From the IMG/VR virus record IMGVR_UViG_3300032214_000566, positions 1 through 64,000 of that record: a stretch of 64,000 nucleotides of DNA; one strand, 5' to 3'. The translations under genes and the position numbers were made by a program. Under the pieces are notes generated by a model. The model was not told where the DNA came from and did no database searches. It saw only the letters and a program-made list of their open reading frames with translations. Position 1 is the stretch's first letter. Each line of letters opens with the position of its first letter. Source of the DNA: a virus. Below are positions 17,155 through 27,587 of the stretch, piece after piece.

Positions 17155-18921
17155 TTATGGTAAATCATCAAACCATTCATCAAAATCTCTAACGGGCACT
17201 TCATTATATTCAACAAGTTCATCCTGCCAATATGATAGTTCAGGCGTATATGTATCCCAACGAGGTGTCATCGCAATCACTTTAGTTCCTTCATGTTCTA
17301 AACTTCTGAATGTCGACTCTTGCTCGATAACTTTACCACTACGGTATTTTTTAACCAATTTTGGTAATTTTAACGTTCCCAATTTATACAAAAGATTGAT
17401 GTTTGCAAGTTGGATTTTAGCAACCTGTGAGAATTCCGGTGACGGCATCTCATTAAACTTCGCTCTTTCTTGAACATTCAATATTTCATTATGTCTGTAT
17501 TGATACTCAACTGTGATTCTTTCATCTCCATAAGTTGCCCCTTTACGTATTGAGAATATCAAACACTCGGGTCTCTCAGCATAAGTCCTAACACAATTTC
17601 GTTGGTGTTGTGATTCTTTTTCGTAGTCCGATGTTTTACGAAGAAGTATCGGATAATACGTTTCACCTTCGTGTTCGATTGGTGTTTCTAAACTATCTAC
17701 ATCACCATAAAATCTTTCAACCTCACCTTTTCTGTATGATTGTAAAAGACGACTAAACTCCTCGTGTTCTAAATTAAAACTACTCATGTTTGTGAATTTT
17801 AATTTCACATCCTCACCTAAATTTGATAACTCTCGTTTCATATCTAAGTGGTCAAGTAATGTACTCCATTTATAACCATCAAAATATGGTATCAAATCTA
17901 AAATTCTATCTTTTTCTTTTGGTGTTAAAGGAATTAATGATCTACCGATGTAATGGTTGGGGTAATTGTACTTATCTGAGTAAAAACATTCATAATATCT
18001 ACCCATCTTATTCATTTCCATTGATTTACTAAACTCATCGGTAGTATAATATTCATCAAAAACTTTGTTTTCAATTTTGTTAAATTTATCAATACCCAAA
18101 AGATTATATGCGATATACAATCTGTCGAAATCAACCCATTCCATCTCATTGAAAATCTGTTTAACTTTAGACCCTTTGAGTTTTAGTTTATCCATCGCAG
18201 TGTCAACCAAGTTCATATCAAACTTCTTCAATTCTTTTTTAGAAAAGAAAACACCTGTGAATTTTCTCCAATTGTTTGGAATCTTAATACCGTTAACTAA
18301 ATAGAAAGTTAAACTATAAAATGACCTCATACAGTCCCACTGAAAGTTTTGTGGGTTTTCAATTCCCATTCTGTCCCAAATCTTTTCTAAGAAAAAATAA
18401 AGGTACTGGTCCACACCAACATTATTATCAATTCTAAGATTTCTTAAAAAACTTTCAATTGCGAAGTATGTTGGGTTCACTTTCATACTTCTTCCAATAA
18501 CTTGTTTCTTTTTGGTTGAGAATGTTCCTGAGTAAAACATTTTCTTTTTGAAGTTGAATGTAAGATAGTTTGTGACTTTTCTTTCTGTAAAGTATCTTGA
18601 CCCTACTTTTCTATCTTTTATGTGAAATTGGAACTTAATTGATATTTTATCATCACCCTCTTCTATAAACAATCTTTTTCTATCAAAATGGACTGATGCA
18701 AATGGATTTCCAAAATGTTTAACAAACCCCTCTTCAGTGTAGGTTTGGACATCAGAAAAGAACCTATCTTTCTTTTTTGTTTCAACGTACAAACCTAAGA
18801 CATGTCTATCTTTTTGATTTATATCGCAATAATTAAGATATAAACTAGTTCTATAGTTTTTAATCTCAACAAACTTATGAAATGTTTTACCTTCTACTTC
18901 TAACATAGAATAAAGATACAA
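17155..18921 (-). CDS. PcfJ-like domain protein
   Basis: C-terminal ESQHQRNCVRTY...IFSIRK...RITVEY...QERAKFN; likely start at 18906. Confidence 0.75.
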   Translation of the reverse strand: MYLYSMLEVEGKTFHKFVEIKNYRTSLYLNYCDINQKDRHVLGLYVETKKKDRFFSDVQTYTEEGFVKHFGNPFASVHFDRKRLFIEEGDDKISIKFQFHIKDRKVGSRYFTERKVTNYLTFNFKKKMFYSGTFSTKKKQVIGRSMKVNPTYFAIESFLRNLRIDNNVGVDQYLYFFLEKIWDRMGIENPQNFQWDCMRSFYSLTFYLVNGIKIPNNWRKFTGVFFSKKELKKFDMNLVDTAMDKLKLKGSKVKQIFNEMEWVDFDRLYIAYNLLGIDKFNKIENKVFDEYYTTDEFSKSMEMNKMGRYYECFYSDKYNYPNHYIGRSLIPLTPKEKDRILDLIPYFDGYKWSTLLDHLDMKRELSNLGEDVKLKFTNMSSFNLEHEEFSRLLQSYRKGEVERFYGDVDSLETPIEHEGETYYPILLRKTSDYEKESQHQRNCVRTYAERPECLIFSIRKGATYGDERITVEYQYRHNEILNVQERAKFNEMPSPEFSQVAKIQLANINLLYKLGTLKLPKLVKKYRSGKVIEQESTFRSLEHEGTKVIAMTPRWDTYTPELSYWQDELVEYNEVPVRDFDEWFDDLP

Positions 18922-18966
18922 AAAACCCCCGACTTATTCAACCGGGGGATACATAATTTTTTTTAA

Positions 18967-19254
18967 TTAATTCAATGAGATTATTCCCATGTGATGTTCC
19001 ATAAATGGTGTGACCGCTGCGGTGATTTGTTTTTTGTTTTTATCAGTATTCATTTCAACCAGCAAATCAATCATTTGTTTTCTTGTTGGGGCTATTTCTT
19101 TTTCTTCTGATAGATTTTTTTCAGCCAATTTTTTAATCTCAGAAAAAAAATCATCAGAATTGGTGTTTCCAATAAGTATTTTTAACTGGTCTGGATTTTT
19201 TTTAAAAAACCCTTTAAAATTGTTCATGTAAATTTCAATATCAACGTTTCCCAT
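18967..19254 (-). CDS. Hypothetical protein
   Basis: ORF with class I promoter and downstream terminator (about 18920-18950). Confidence 0.7.
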   Translation of the reverse strand: MGNVDIEIYMNNFKGFFKKNPDQLKILIGNTNSDDFFSEIKKLAEKNLSEEKEIAPTRKQMIDLLVEMNTDKNKKQITAAVTPFMEHHMGIISLN

Positions 19255-19296
19255 AATTCATAATTTAACAAGACAAATATAATAAATTACAATGAA

Positions 19297-20664
19297 TTAT
19301 ACAAATAAATGTACTTCATCCGCATCTATTTTTGATTGTAAACTTTTTGGAACTGCTCTTTGATTACTTCCTTTAAGATTCACAACGGAAAGTCTTGGCA
19401 TACTACCAATACATTCAGGTAACGCCTGTAAATTAGGGTTTTCAGGTAACGACAAGAATTGTAGTTTCTGTAAGTTACAAATGGATTCAGGAATCGAAGC
19501 AACACATCCAACTAAGTGAATAGCGGTAAGGTCTTTAAAATTACCAATAGATGCCGGAATATTTAAATCTAATTTTGACCCTGATTTAGCAATAAACTCA
19601 AGTCTTTGGATAGTTTCCGGTAATGTTTCAAAAAATTCATCGAATCCGTAAAGTGCAATGAACTTAGATGAAGAATCACCAGGATAGTTAACAGTCACTT
19701 TTTTACCTTCATTCGCAGTTAAACCTTTCATGAATTGTGGTTTGAAATATTCTTTCATTCCTTCTTCATTTGTGTTTAAGAAATCAACCAAATCAATTTG
19801 TCTATCCGATGGATCCATGAACTGATTAGATGGGAAGTGGAATTGGTAACGAAGTGCCGGAAGTCCGGAAACATCACCGTATTCTTTGTCTCCTGTATGT
19901 TTTTGACCTCTATTTGGAATTACGACATATAATGGTCCGTCCTTAATGTAACGATCAAACCAAGTAAGACCAGGCGATGATGTACACCATCTTGTTTCAC
20001 CTTTACCGGGTTCTTGATATGAACCACCGTAGAAACACGCAGCATCCTTACCTAATTGACCTTTATCTTCAATTTTAGCAATAGTCCAATCTTGTCCACG
20101 ATAAACAATCTCAGCACCCGGGTGTTGGTATGTTTTTGACGCTTCTTTTTTCTCGGTTGCAGTTGCTTTAGTTTTTTCTAAACTGAAGTCTTTAACTTGG
20201 TCATATAGTGTTGACGGTGTTAATTTGTTAATGTCTCTCGCCTCTTGTGGTAAACGATTCTTAAATCTTTCAAATTTTTGTAAGTCACCTGTAACTTTAT
20301 ATAAATCCTCCAAGAACAAATCTTGGTATTCTTTCATTGCTTGTTTGTATTGTCCCGATTTTGGGTCAGATACTTTTAATGGGTGGTCAGCAGGTAAAAC
20401 CGGTGTAGTAAAGTTTTTCAATATCCATTGAGCATATTTACCAATCTTAACCTTTTCCATATCTTCAGGTCTGATTTCATCAATATCTTTCCCTTCAGGA
20501 AATCTTGATGTGGGGTCAGCGGCGATTAAAGCAACTAACGTTTCAAAAGGCATCATTCCTTTCAACCCTTTTTCTTTCGGTTTTACAAATTTGTCAAATA
20601 AAACTTGAAATCTTGAGCTCTCAATAATCAAGTCTTTAAGTATGTTGGTAAATCTAATAGCCAT
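19297..20664 (-). CDS. Phage protein with AACFYG...TRWCT domain and C-terminal leucine-rich repeats
   Basis: IPASIGNFKDL / IPESICNLQKLQFLSL / LPECIGSMPRL LRR units. Confidence 0.8.
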   Translation of the reverse strand: MAIRFTNILKDLIIESSRFQVLFDKFVKPKEKGLKGMMPFETLVALIAADPTSRFPEGKDIDEIRPEDMEKVKIGKYAQWILKNFTTPVLPADHPLKVSDPKSGQYKQAMKEYQDLFLEDLYKVTGDLQKFERFKNRLPQEARDINKLTPSTLYDQVKDFSLEKTKATATEKKEASKTYQHPGAEIVYRGQDWTIAKIEDKGQLGKDAACFYGGSYQEPGKGETRWCTSSPGLTWFDRYIKDGPLYVVIPNRGQKHTGDKEYGDVSGLPALRYQFHFPSNQFMDPSDRQIDLVDFLNTNEEGMKEYFKPQFMKGLTANEGKKVTVNYPGDSSSKFIALYGFDEFFETLPETIQRLEFIAKSGSKLDLNIPASIGNFKDLTAIHLVGCVASIPESICNLQKLQFLSLPENPNLQALPECIGSMPRLSVVNLKGSNQRAVPKSLQSKIDADEVHLFV

Positions 20665-20714
20665 TGTCGTATGTTTTATAATATAAATATTACAAAGTTA
20701 AGAAAAATATTGAA

Positions 20715-21554
20715 TTAGTAGTTCATAATAAGGAGTTCTTCTCCCATATTTTGTTTTGTTCCCTTCTTAGCCGCTGCAGCCTTTGCAAACTCTTTTTTAA
20801 CCCAAGTGTACTGACCTTCAGGGAACCATTCATGTAAAAGGTCAAAATCGTAGTAAGATAGACTAAATTTACCTTTAACTTCTTTCAACACGTTAGCTAA
20901 TCTTTCATGGTCTTCTCTATCAAAATCATGGTTTGAGTAGTAGTTTTCAGTCTTCCAATAAGGTGGGTCCAAATAGATATAAGTGGTTGGTGAATCGTAC
21001 TTTTCTATCACGTCAGCAAAGTCCATATTCTCAACTTCGGTAATTCTTAAAAAATGTTCAACCCAATCAGGTTTAGATAGTTTGTCTCTGAATGTAAGGT
21101 ACTTTGATTTGTACTTACCTTTAAGGTCAATAAATGAACTTGTTTCGGGTTTACTACCACTAAATACTTGCGTAATAACATAAACATATTTAGCAGCAAT
21201 TTCGTAATCGCCAGGTTCTACGCTGAAACCTTCAGCGAATATTTCAGCCTGAAACCTTACAAATTGTTCTTTATAAATTTCAGGAGTAACTTCCTCACCA
21301 TATTTTTGACATTCAATGTTATTGATTGCCTTTAATAATTCACTTGGGTTCTGTATACACTTAAATAGGTTATAATTAAGTGGGTTAAAGTCGTTGTAAA
21401 CCACTTTTTTAAGATTAGGGTACTGTTTCAAGTCCATATTAAAGAAACACCAAAACATTCCACCGAATGTTTCAACATACGTTTCCATATCTTTATCATA
21501 GAAAGGGACTATCCACTTTCCAATTTTACTTTTACCTCCGATGTATGATAGCAT
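20715..21554 (-). CDS. Dam-like (D12 class) DNA adenine methyltransferase
   Basis: YIGGKS, YVETFGG, YNDFN, YLDPPY, ELLIMNY. Confidence 0.92.
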   Translation of the reverse strand: MLSYIGGKSKIGKWIVPFYDKDMETYVETFGGMFWCFFNMDLKQYPNLKKVVYNDFNPLNYNLFKCIQNPSELLKAINNIECQKYGEEVTPEIYKEQFVRFQAEIFAEGFSVEPGDYEIAAKYVYVITQVFSGSKPETSSFIDLKGKYKSKYLTFRDKLSKPDWVEHFLRITEVENMDFADVIEKYDSPTTYIYLDPPYWKTENYYSNHDFDREDHERLANVLKEVKGKFSLSYYDFDLLHEWFPEGQYTWVKKEFAKAAAAKKGTKQNMGEELLIMNY

Positions 21555-21629
21555 ATTTTTTTATGTAAAGTTAATTGTTTTTTGTTTATATGTCAAACTA
21601 TAGTATTTATCATTATAAAAAATATAACA

Positions 21630-21788
21630 ATGGGAAAAGAAAAGGCAACAGAAGTTACAGGATGTAACACATGTAAAGGTGGATTATCTTTCAAACAAAA
21701 ATGGATTTTAGTATTAGCAGCATACATGTTTGGTGCTACCATATACTCAACTATCGAATTAGTTAAGTACCTCTCCAATTTGTTCTAA
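21630..21788 (+). CDS. Small membrane protein with CxxC
   Basis: MGKEKATEVTGCNTCK followed by a TM helix. Confidence 0.55.
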   Translation: MGKEKATEVTGCNTCKGGLSFKQKWILVLAAYMFGATIYSTIELVKYLSNLF

Positions 21789-22742
21789 AACCTCTTTAAT
21801 TTTTTCTTGGTTCTTGATTTCTTTTTTTGTGACAAATATTTTCACATAAAAATCACCTGGTCCATCATTAAATTTATATCCTTTATTTTTAACCCTTAAA
21901 GGAGTTTCAGTATCGAACCCGTCAGGTAGTTTTATTTTTAAATTGCCTTCAGGGTGTGTAACTTCAATTTGCTCGTCAAGTAACATATCCACAGGACTTA
22001 TTCTTTTATTTAATATCAAATCTCTACCATGTTTTTCGTAGTTATCCTTTTTTACCATATTGATTTTTAATATTAAATCTCCAACCATTTTAGTTGGTGG
22101 GTTATAGTCTCCTTTACCCGCAACTCTCATAAAATCACCATCATCAACATTTGATGGTATGGAAACTGATATTTTCTCAACTTTTTGAGTCATTCCAACT
22201 CCATGACATCCTCCACATCTATTAGTGATAGTACTACCACCTCCATGACATTCGGGACATTGTGTTTGTATATTATGAACAAACATTCCAGTACCAAATC
22301 TTTGGATTATGAACCCGTTACCTTTACACGTATTACAAACTTTTCTATCCCCGCCATTACCATTACAAGTAACACAACATTCCGTTGCGTTGTAATCTAA
22401 AATTTTATTAAAACCAAAGAATGATTCTACTGGTGTTATTTCAACATTTATAACCTTATCAGGGGCCTTTTGTCTTCTCATCTGACCACCACCATTAAAG
22501 TGGTTGAATATGTCATCAAAACCCATACCACCACCAAAAGGGTTGTTTCTTCGATTATTGTATTCGTTTCTCTTGTTTTCGTCGCCAATGTTCTCGTAAG
22601 CCTCAGTTATATCTTTAAACTTTTCTTCTCCGTTTGGGTTTACATCCGGGTGAAATTGTTTACTCAATTTTCTATATGCTTTTTTTATTTCATCAGCAGA
22701 CGCGTTTTCGTTTACGCCTAAAATTTCATAATAGTTTTTCAT
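21759..22742 (-). CDS. dnaJ: DnaJ co-chaperone
   Basis: J domain with HPD, G/F linker, four CxxCxGxG repeats, C-terminal domain. Confidence 0.95.
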   Translation of the reverse strand: MKNYYEILGVNENASADEIKKAYRKLSKQFHPDVNPNGEEKFKDITEAYENIGDENKRNEYNNRRNNPFGGGMGFDDIFNHFNGGGQMRRQKAPDKVINVEITPVESFFGFNKILDYNATECCVTCNGNGGDRKVCNTCKGNGFIIQRFGTGMFVHNIQTQCPECHGGGSTITNRCGGCHGVGMTQKVEKISVSIPSNVDDGDFMRVAGKGDYNPPTKMVGDLILKINMVKKDNYEKHGRDLILNKRISPVDMLLDEQIEVTHPEGNLKIKLPDGFDTETPLRVKNKGYKFNDGPGDFYVKIFVTKKEIKNQEKIKEVLEQIGEVLN

Positions 22743-23385
22743 GTCTAATAACTACTTAATTGTTTTATTTAAAAATAAGATAAAAAGAAAGATTATCAAA
22801 TCATATTCTACGGAAAAAAACGCACTTGTCAAGTTTAAAGAATTGATAAAAAAAAATGATGAGGTTCTTTTTGAAAAGAGGGTGGAAAATGCTTGTGATG
22901 TGAATTTTGAAGTTGGTTTGTTAACTAATAAAATTAAAACTCAAAAAAGTTTATTCATTGTCGATTCCATTGGGAGGAATAACCCGGTAAATTTGGAAAA
23001 TCCTGATTATGTATTTTTAGATATTAAACCTTATAAGGTAGAGGAGACGGTCTTTGATTGGCAAAGACAAGAAAAGATAACAATAGATAGGTTATTAAGG
23101 TTATATTGTAAGAAAAAGGACTTTAAAAGTATTTTTACCCTACATAATAAGTTATGTATACAAGTAGAATTGGATGTTAGTCTATTTTCACTAAAGGATA
23201 GTGATGAATCTGAAAGATTATTAGAAGTTTTAGAAAATTATTTCAGGGATAATGGTCGTACTGATGCTATGTTCATAAAGGACGTATCGTCCGCACAAAG
23301 AAAATGGATATATCAAACTTTAGAAGATAAAGGGTTTGATAAAAAACGATTATATCGTTTGAAGACTACTTTTTCGAAAAGGTAA
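22741..23385 (+). CDS. Hypothetical protein
   Basis: 214-aa ORF, divergent from dnaJ. Confidence 0.7.
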   Translation: MSNNYLIVLFKNKIKRKIIKSYSTEKNALVKFKELIKKNDEVLFEKRVENACDVNFEVGLLTNKIKTQKSLFIVDSIGRNNPVNLENPDYVFLDIKPYKVEETVFDWQRQEKITIDRLLRLYCKKKDFKSIFTLHNKLCIQVELDVSLFSLKDSDESERLLEVLENYFRDNGRTDAMFIKDVSSAQRKWIYQTLEDKGFDKKRLYRLKTTFSKR

Positions 23386-23587
23386 AGTCAACGTTACCTA
23401 TTGATACCACACATTTGGTATCTTGTGTTCTGTTATTTAAATTTCTCATTAAACTAGAAAAGGTGTCGTCATCCAACAACACCTTAACTTCAGTTTGTCC
23501 ATTCGATAAAAATGAATCCTCAATGATCTCGACAGCTTTAGCTAATTTTGTTAATTCATCCCTAAAGTTCTCAATATTCTTTCCCAT
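23366..23587 (-). CDS. Hypothetical protein
   Basis: ORF within an operon. Confidence 0.6.
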   Translation of the reverse strand: MGKNIENFRDELTKLAKAVEIIEDSFLSNGQTEVKVLLDDDTFSSLMRNLNNRTQDTKCVVSIGNVDFTFSKK

Positions 23588-23763
23588 AAACTATACTTCT
23601 TTTCAACCAAATCATTATTAACGATTTGACTTTGTTTGTATTTTTTTATCTCCTCAGAGATAGACTTTTTATAGTCTTCGTTTTGTTTTTCAGAAAGTTT
23701 TCTTTCTTCATTAAGCTGGTTCAGATGTTTTTGCATCTCCCCCGTCGACATCTTGTGGTTCAT
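23551..23763 (-). CDS. Hypothetical coiled-coil protein
   Basis: ORF within an operon. Confidence 0.55.
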   Translation of the reverse strand: MNHKMSTGEMQKHLNQLNEERKLSEKQNEDYKKSISEEIKKYKQSQIVNNDLVEKKYSLWERILRTLGMN

Positions 23764-24145
23764 TACTCATCAATTTTGTTAGTTCTTCCATGTCAAACTT
23801 TAACCCCTTAAGGCTATCTAAGTTCTCACTTTCAAAAATACTTTTCAATTCTTGTACCTTACTCTTAAATAGTTTTTCTTTCTCTTCTCTTTCTATATTT
23901 GTCTTAATAATAAAGTCCAAAGTTTCTTCAACAACATCTAAAAGTTCTTTTTTGTTTTCACAAACAAATGAACTCACAATTTTTCCATCTTGAGATTCAT
24001 TTTGTAAGAATTCAACACCATCTGGTGCCTTTTTTAACATAACCCAACTAGTAGGGAATGTCATATCTAAACTTACGTAGTTTTTAAGAACTCTTACAGA
24101 TTTTAAATATTTAGATGTTTTGTTTATAAATTGGCTATAAATCAT
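23711..24145 (-). CDS. Hypothetical protein
   Basis: ORF within an operon. Confidence 0.7.
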   Translation of the reverse strand: MIYSQFINKTSKYLKSVRVLKNYVSLDMTFPTSWVMLKKAPDGVEFLQNESQDGKIVSSFVCENKKELLDVVEETLDFIIKTNIEREEKEKLFKSKVQELKSIFESENLDSLKGLKFDMEELTKLMSNEPQDVDGGDAKTSEPA

Positions 24146-24148
24146 TTT

Positions 24149-24340
24149 TTACAGATATATTAAATAAGTTATTATGTATGCTAGAAAAACACCATTAAGT
24201 ATAGTTTCTCTCGTTTCAATTTCTAATGGTTTAGGTGGTGTTGATAAAAACGACCTAAAGAAATTTATAATCAATCTAAGTATGACTAAAATTGAGAACA
24301 CGAATAAAAACCCCAATACAGGTTGAATTAAATTAAGCAT
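24149..24340 (-). CDS. Small two-TM membrane protein
   Basis: Two hydrophobic helices. Confidence 0.6.
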   Translation of the reverse strand: MLNLIQPVLGFLFVFSILVILRLIINFFRSFLSTPPKPLEIETRETILNGVFLAYIITYLIYL

Positions 24341-24515
24341 CTTTTTCTGTTTTACTATGAGTTAAAATTTCACCTCTAAGTTTTTGAACTGCGTTTTTTA
24401 ATTCTTGAGAAACTTTTCTCGCTCTAACACCTGCAGATTTATTACCCGCATAAAATTTTGTCGTATCTACTGACAATGTTTCAACCAATGTTTTAATTTG
24501 TTCTAATGTTTCCAT
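24333..24515 (-). CDS. Histone H1-like (Hc1 family) nucleoid protein
   Basis: KFYAGNKSAGVRARKVSQELK signature of the short Bacteroidota Hc1-family proteins. Confidence 0.85.
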   Translation of the reverse strand: METLEQIKTLVETLSVDTTKFYAGNKSAGVRARKVSQELKNAVQKLRGEILTHSKTEKDA

Positions 24516-24582
24516 TTTTTTTAAATTATTTTTTTATTTTATTTAACAATAAAACCTTTACCAGAATATGTAAATAACCTTT

Positions 24583-25074
24583 TTACATTATTTTTAAAGA
24601 TCTTTCCAATACTTTATATATGTCCGTGAAGATTTCAATATCTGATTTAGTTTTTTTTCCACCATTATCAAATAACTGTGTGAAGAACTCATTGATGGTG
24701 TCTTTAACTTTTTGGTCTGGTTGGTTATAAAAAACCTCAAAGAAAAATGATTCGAAAAACTCAGAGTCTGACTCATTAAATTTAAAATCGATGTTTTCTT
24801 TATTAAAGTTTTCTATTGTTTTATTCCAACACCATTTAAAGTGTTCTTTCTTTTGTTGGTCTGTCATTCCAACTCTCGTTTCTTTATTATCTGAGAAATC
24901 ATCACCCAAATACGTTTCTTTTAAAAGTATTAGAAATGAGAAACAAAAATCTCTAAATAATTCTGTAAGTTCAGGGATGATATTATTAGCCAAATACCAA
25001 GCAGTTATATCCTCTTGGTTCATGGGTTTGGCCAGCCAATCAAAAAAACGACCCATATTACTATTAGTTTCCAT
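24583..25074 (-). CDS. Hypothetical protein
   Basis: ORF track. Confidence 0.7.
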   Translation of the reverse strand: METNSNMGRFFDWLAKPMNQEDITAWYLANNIIPELTELFRDFCFSFLILLKETYLGDDFSDNKETRVGMTDQQKKEHFKWCWNKTIENFNKENIDFKFNESDSEFFESFFFEVFYNQPDQKVKDTINEFFTQLFDNGGKKTKSDIEIFTDIYKVLERSLKIM

Positions 25075-25116
25075 TGTCTAATAGTAATATGGGTCTATTT
25101 AAAATTGTAGATTAGA

Positions 25117-26301
25117 TTATTGTGTTTTTTGAGTATAAGTTAAAATATTTTTCATTCTTGTAATTTCACTTAATACTTGTTCACTTTCTTTAGATTCTAA
25201 ATTTAACATAATTTTAGAAGCCTTATCAACCTTATTACCTGAAGTGTCATTACTAATTGGTTGTGGGGCTTTATTGTATGCCTTCTTTTTAAGTTTTGAT
25301 AATAAATTATCTTTTCTAATTTCGTTTCTTTTTTTATTGTTCGGTGTTTCTACAGCATTTGCCCAATCAGGGTTATTACCTGTTCTTGACGAACCAACAA
25401 TATTGTCACTCACCCAATCCTCATCAGGATGTATTTCATCGTAGTCAATATTCTCTAATGCTGCTGCGGTAAAGTTTTCAACATACTCTTCAACAGCATT
25501 TGAAGCTTTGTATGCCATTTTTTCCATTTCTTCCAATTCACCGTTACCAGCCGGGAAATGTTTTGGATTCATTTCATATTCACCTTTAGACATATCTTTA
25601 AGATATTCTTTCATTTTTTTAACAACATCTTTAATGTGGTCATCATTCTCTTTTTTAGATTTACCTAAAGAAGATTTCAATACATTCTGAGCACTTACAG
25701 ATTTACCTTTTTTCTTTTCTTCTAATACGATGTTTTCAATTATATCGATAATCTCATTCTCAGTGAATAAAAATGTTTCTTCATTGTTCAATTCCAATTC
25801 GTAAACTTCAGACTCTTCTCTTCTTAAAATTTTAAAGTCTTCTCTGTCGATTCTTCCGTTTTTATTTTTATCGATTTTACTTTGGTTTCCGTGCAATTTT
25901 TCTTCTAATTCAGTTTCATTATAGTCACCACATTCAACACATTCGGCTTCCTCCATTTCAAAATCATTCCATTCAGATTCCTCATCATCTAACTCAGAAT
26001 CGATAACATCATTTTCAACGTCATCAATACCTCTAAGTAATCTTTCAACGTCTTCAATTGACATTTTCTTAGGTAATTTTTTATTACCAAATCTTGGGTG
26101 TCCGTCATCCATACCACCTAACTCTTCAAGTGGTTGTTCATATGTGTTTCCACACTCCGTACACTCACCTTCATAAACCATACCTCCACATTCACAAGTT
26201 TCACCGTGTGATTCAAACAACTTATTTTTAACTTCTGAGATTCTACCTGAAATCTCTTCAGATAACACTCTATTTACTATTTTCATTATTTCTTTGTCCA
26301 T
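25117..26301 (-). CDS. Acidic putative prohead core/internal protein with CxxC motifs and an EF-hand-like loop
   Basis: CECGG, CTECG, CVECG; IDKNKNGRIDREDF; many L/I-x-E sites. Confidence 0.65.
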   Translation of the reverse strand: MDKEIMKIVNRVLSEEISGRISEVKNKLFESHGETCECGGMVYEGECTECGNTYEQPLEELGGMDDGHPRFGNKKLPKKMSIEDVERLLRGIDDVENDVIDSELDDEESEWNDFEMEEAECVECGDYNETELEEKLHGNQSKIDKNKNGRIDREDFKILRREESEVYELELNNEETFLFTENEIIDIIENIVLEEKKKGKSVSAQNVLKSSLGKSKKENDDHIKDVVKKMKEYLKDMSKGEYEMNPKHFPAGNGELEEMEKMAYKASNAVEEYVENFTAAALENIDYDEIHPDEDWVSDNIVGSSRTGNNPDWANAVETPNNKKRNEIRKDNLLSKLKKKAYNKAPQPISNDTSGNKVDKASKIMLNLESKESEQVLSEITRMKNILTYTQKTQ

Positions 26302-26322
26302 AACTAATAAATATCTTTAATT

Positions 26323-26928
26323 TTACAAATTATCATTTATCACCATTAATAAGATGTTTTTTATTTCTGTTTCACTTAATCCTGTCTTAACTGATACATT
26401 ATAAATTGCCTCTTTCATTGGTGATTTTCTTTTTTTGCTTACATTTTTTTTCTCCCCTTTACGTAAATTAAGAGCATTAATGTCTCCTTGATTACAGTAA
26501 GGGAATGTTTTACATTTCTCTTTAACTGAGACAAAATCTCCTCCTGGAATTTGTGTACTTCTCCATGAACTTCCTTTCCCCCTTAACGTATTACCTTTCA
26601 TATTAACATCTTGGAACCCCGGAGCATCGTACGCACCAACAGAACCAGATCCAGTGGCTTCTGTGAATTCACCCTCCTCAGTTGCTTCTATTTTTTTAGA
26701 ACAAACACATTTAGATTTTACTCTATCACAAGAATCACAATACTCTTCTTCTCTAACCTCTTTAACTTTTGGTCTTTTGTATTCACTCCTCGCAACGTCA
26801 TCTTTAGCAAACATACTAAACGCAGGACCGGTATATCCACCAGCAGAAGATGCTCCTGTGGCCTCTTTTGGTTCTGACATTTCTTTAAATGCCTCACTCA
26901 CGATAAAATCAATATATTTTTTGTCCAT
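26323..26928 (-). CDS. Hypothetical protein with repeated EATG-x-S-x-G-x-Y motifs
   Basis: EATGASSAGGY / EATGSGSVGAY; KCKTFPYC. Confidence 0.7.
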   Translation of the reverse strand: MDKKYIDFIVSEAFKEMSEPKEATGASSAGGYTGPAFSMFAKDDVARSEYKRPKVKEVREEEYCDSCDRVKSKCVCSKKIEATEEGEFTEATGSGSVGAYDAPGFQDVNMKGNTLRGKGSSWRSTQIPGGDFVSVKEKCKTFPYCNQGDINALNLRKGEKKNVSKKRKSPMKEAIYNVSVKTGLSETEIKNILLMVINDNL

Positions 26929-27176
26929 TATTTTAAATTTTTAATAGTATTTTCCCATGTTGATTTTTTAGCCCATAGAAAATAATAGAATTCAACAAAA
27001 GCCTTTCTAATGAAGTCATTAATATCACCTCTAAGCTTTCCTGACTTCATATCTTTTTTAATTTTATCAATTAATTGGTCCTCAAATTTTTTAACCGTAG
27101 TCGCCTGTAGAAAATCTTTTATTTCTTTTCTTACTAAAGTTTCAATTTCTTTTTTGTCTTGTTGTGAAATAGCCAT
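26928..27176 (-). CDS. Hypothetical protein
   Basis: Translationally coupled ORF. Confidence 0.65.
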   Translation of the reverse strand: MAISQQDKKEIETLVRKEIKDFLQATTVKKFEDQLIDKIKKDMKSGKLRGDINDFIRKAFVEFYYFLWAKKSTWENTIKNLK

Positions 27177-27586
27177 TATTTAGAAATTGAAAATATAGTT
27201 AATGTTGTCAATAATGCTCCTCCAATTATTGAAAAGAGTGTGTTTTTTGTTTTTAACTTTCTCACTTCTTTGGATAACTCTTTGTTTTGTTCTTCTACTA
27301 TTGCGAATTTTTCCTTTTCTTTTCCGATTATAAGTTCGTAGTTTTTCTCTTTTTGTTCCATTGTGGTGATAATACCCTGTTGTACATTAACTTTCTTTTG
27401 TGTTTCGGATAACTCAATAACTGTCAATTTGTGAACCGCAGTTAACGAATCTAAACGATTAAGGTCTAACGCCATTTGTTTTGCCGCTTTATATGGGATA
27501 CAAATTGTTGTTGTATCTACATATCCTTTTTGTGAAAATGCCATTATTGGTAAAACCATTAATAACATAAAAAGTAATTTTCTCAT
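27176..27586 (-). CDS. Signal-peptide, coiled-coil, C-terminal TM protein (spanin-like candidate)
   Basis: MRKLLFMLLMVLPIMAFSQ signal peptide; coiled coil; terminal TM. Confidence 0.55.
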   Translation of the reverse strand: MRKLLFMLLMVLPIMAFSQKGYVDTTTICIPYKAAKQMALDLNRLDSLTAVHKLTVIELSETQKKVNVQQGIITTMEQKEKNYELIIGKEKEKFAIVEEQNKELSKEVRKLKTKNTLFSIIGGALLTTLTIFSISK

Positions 27587-27587
27587 T

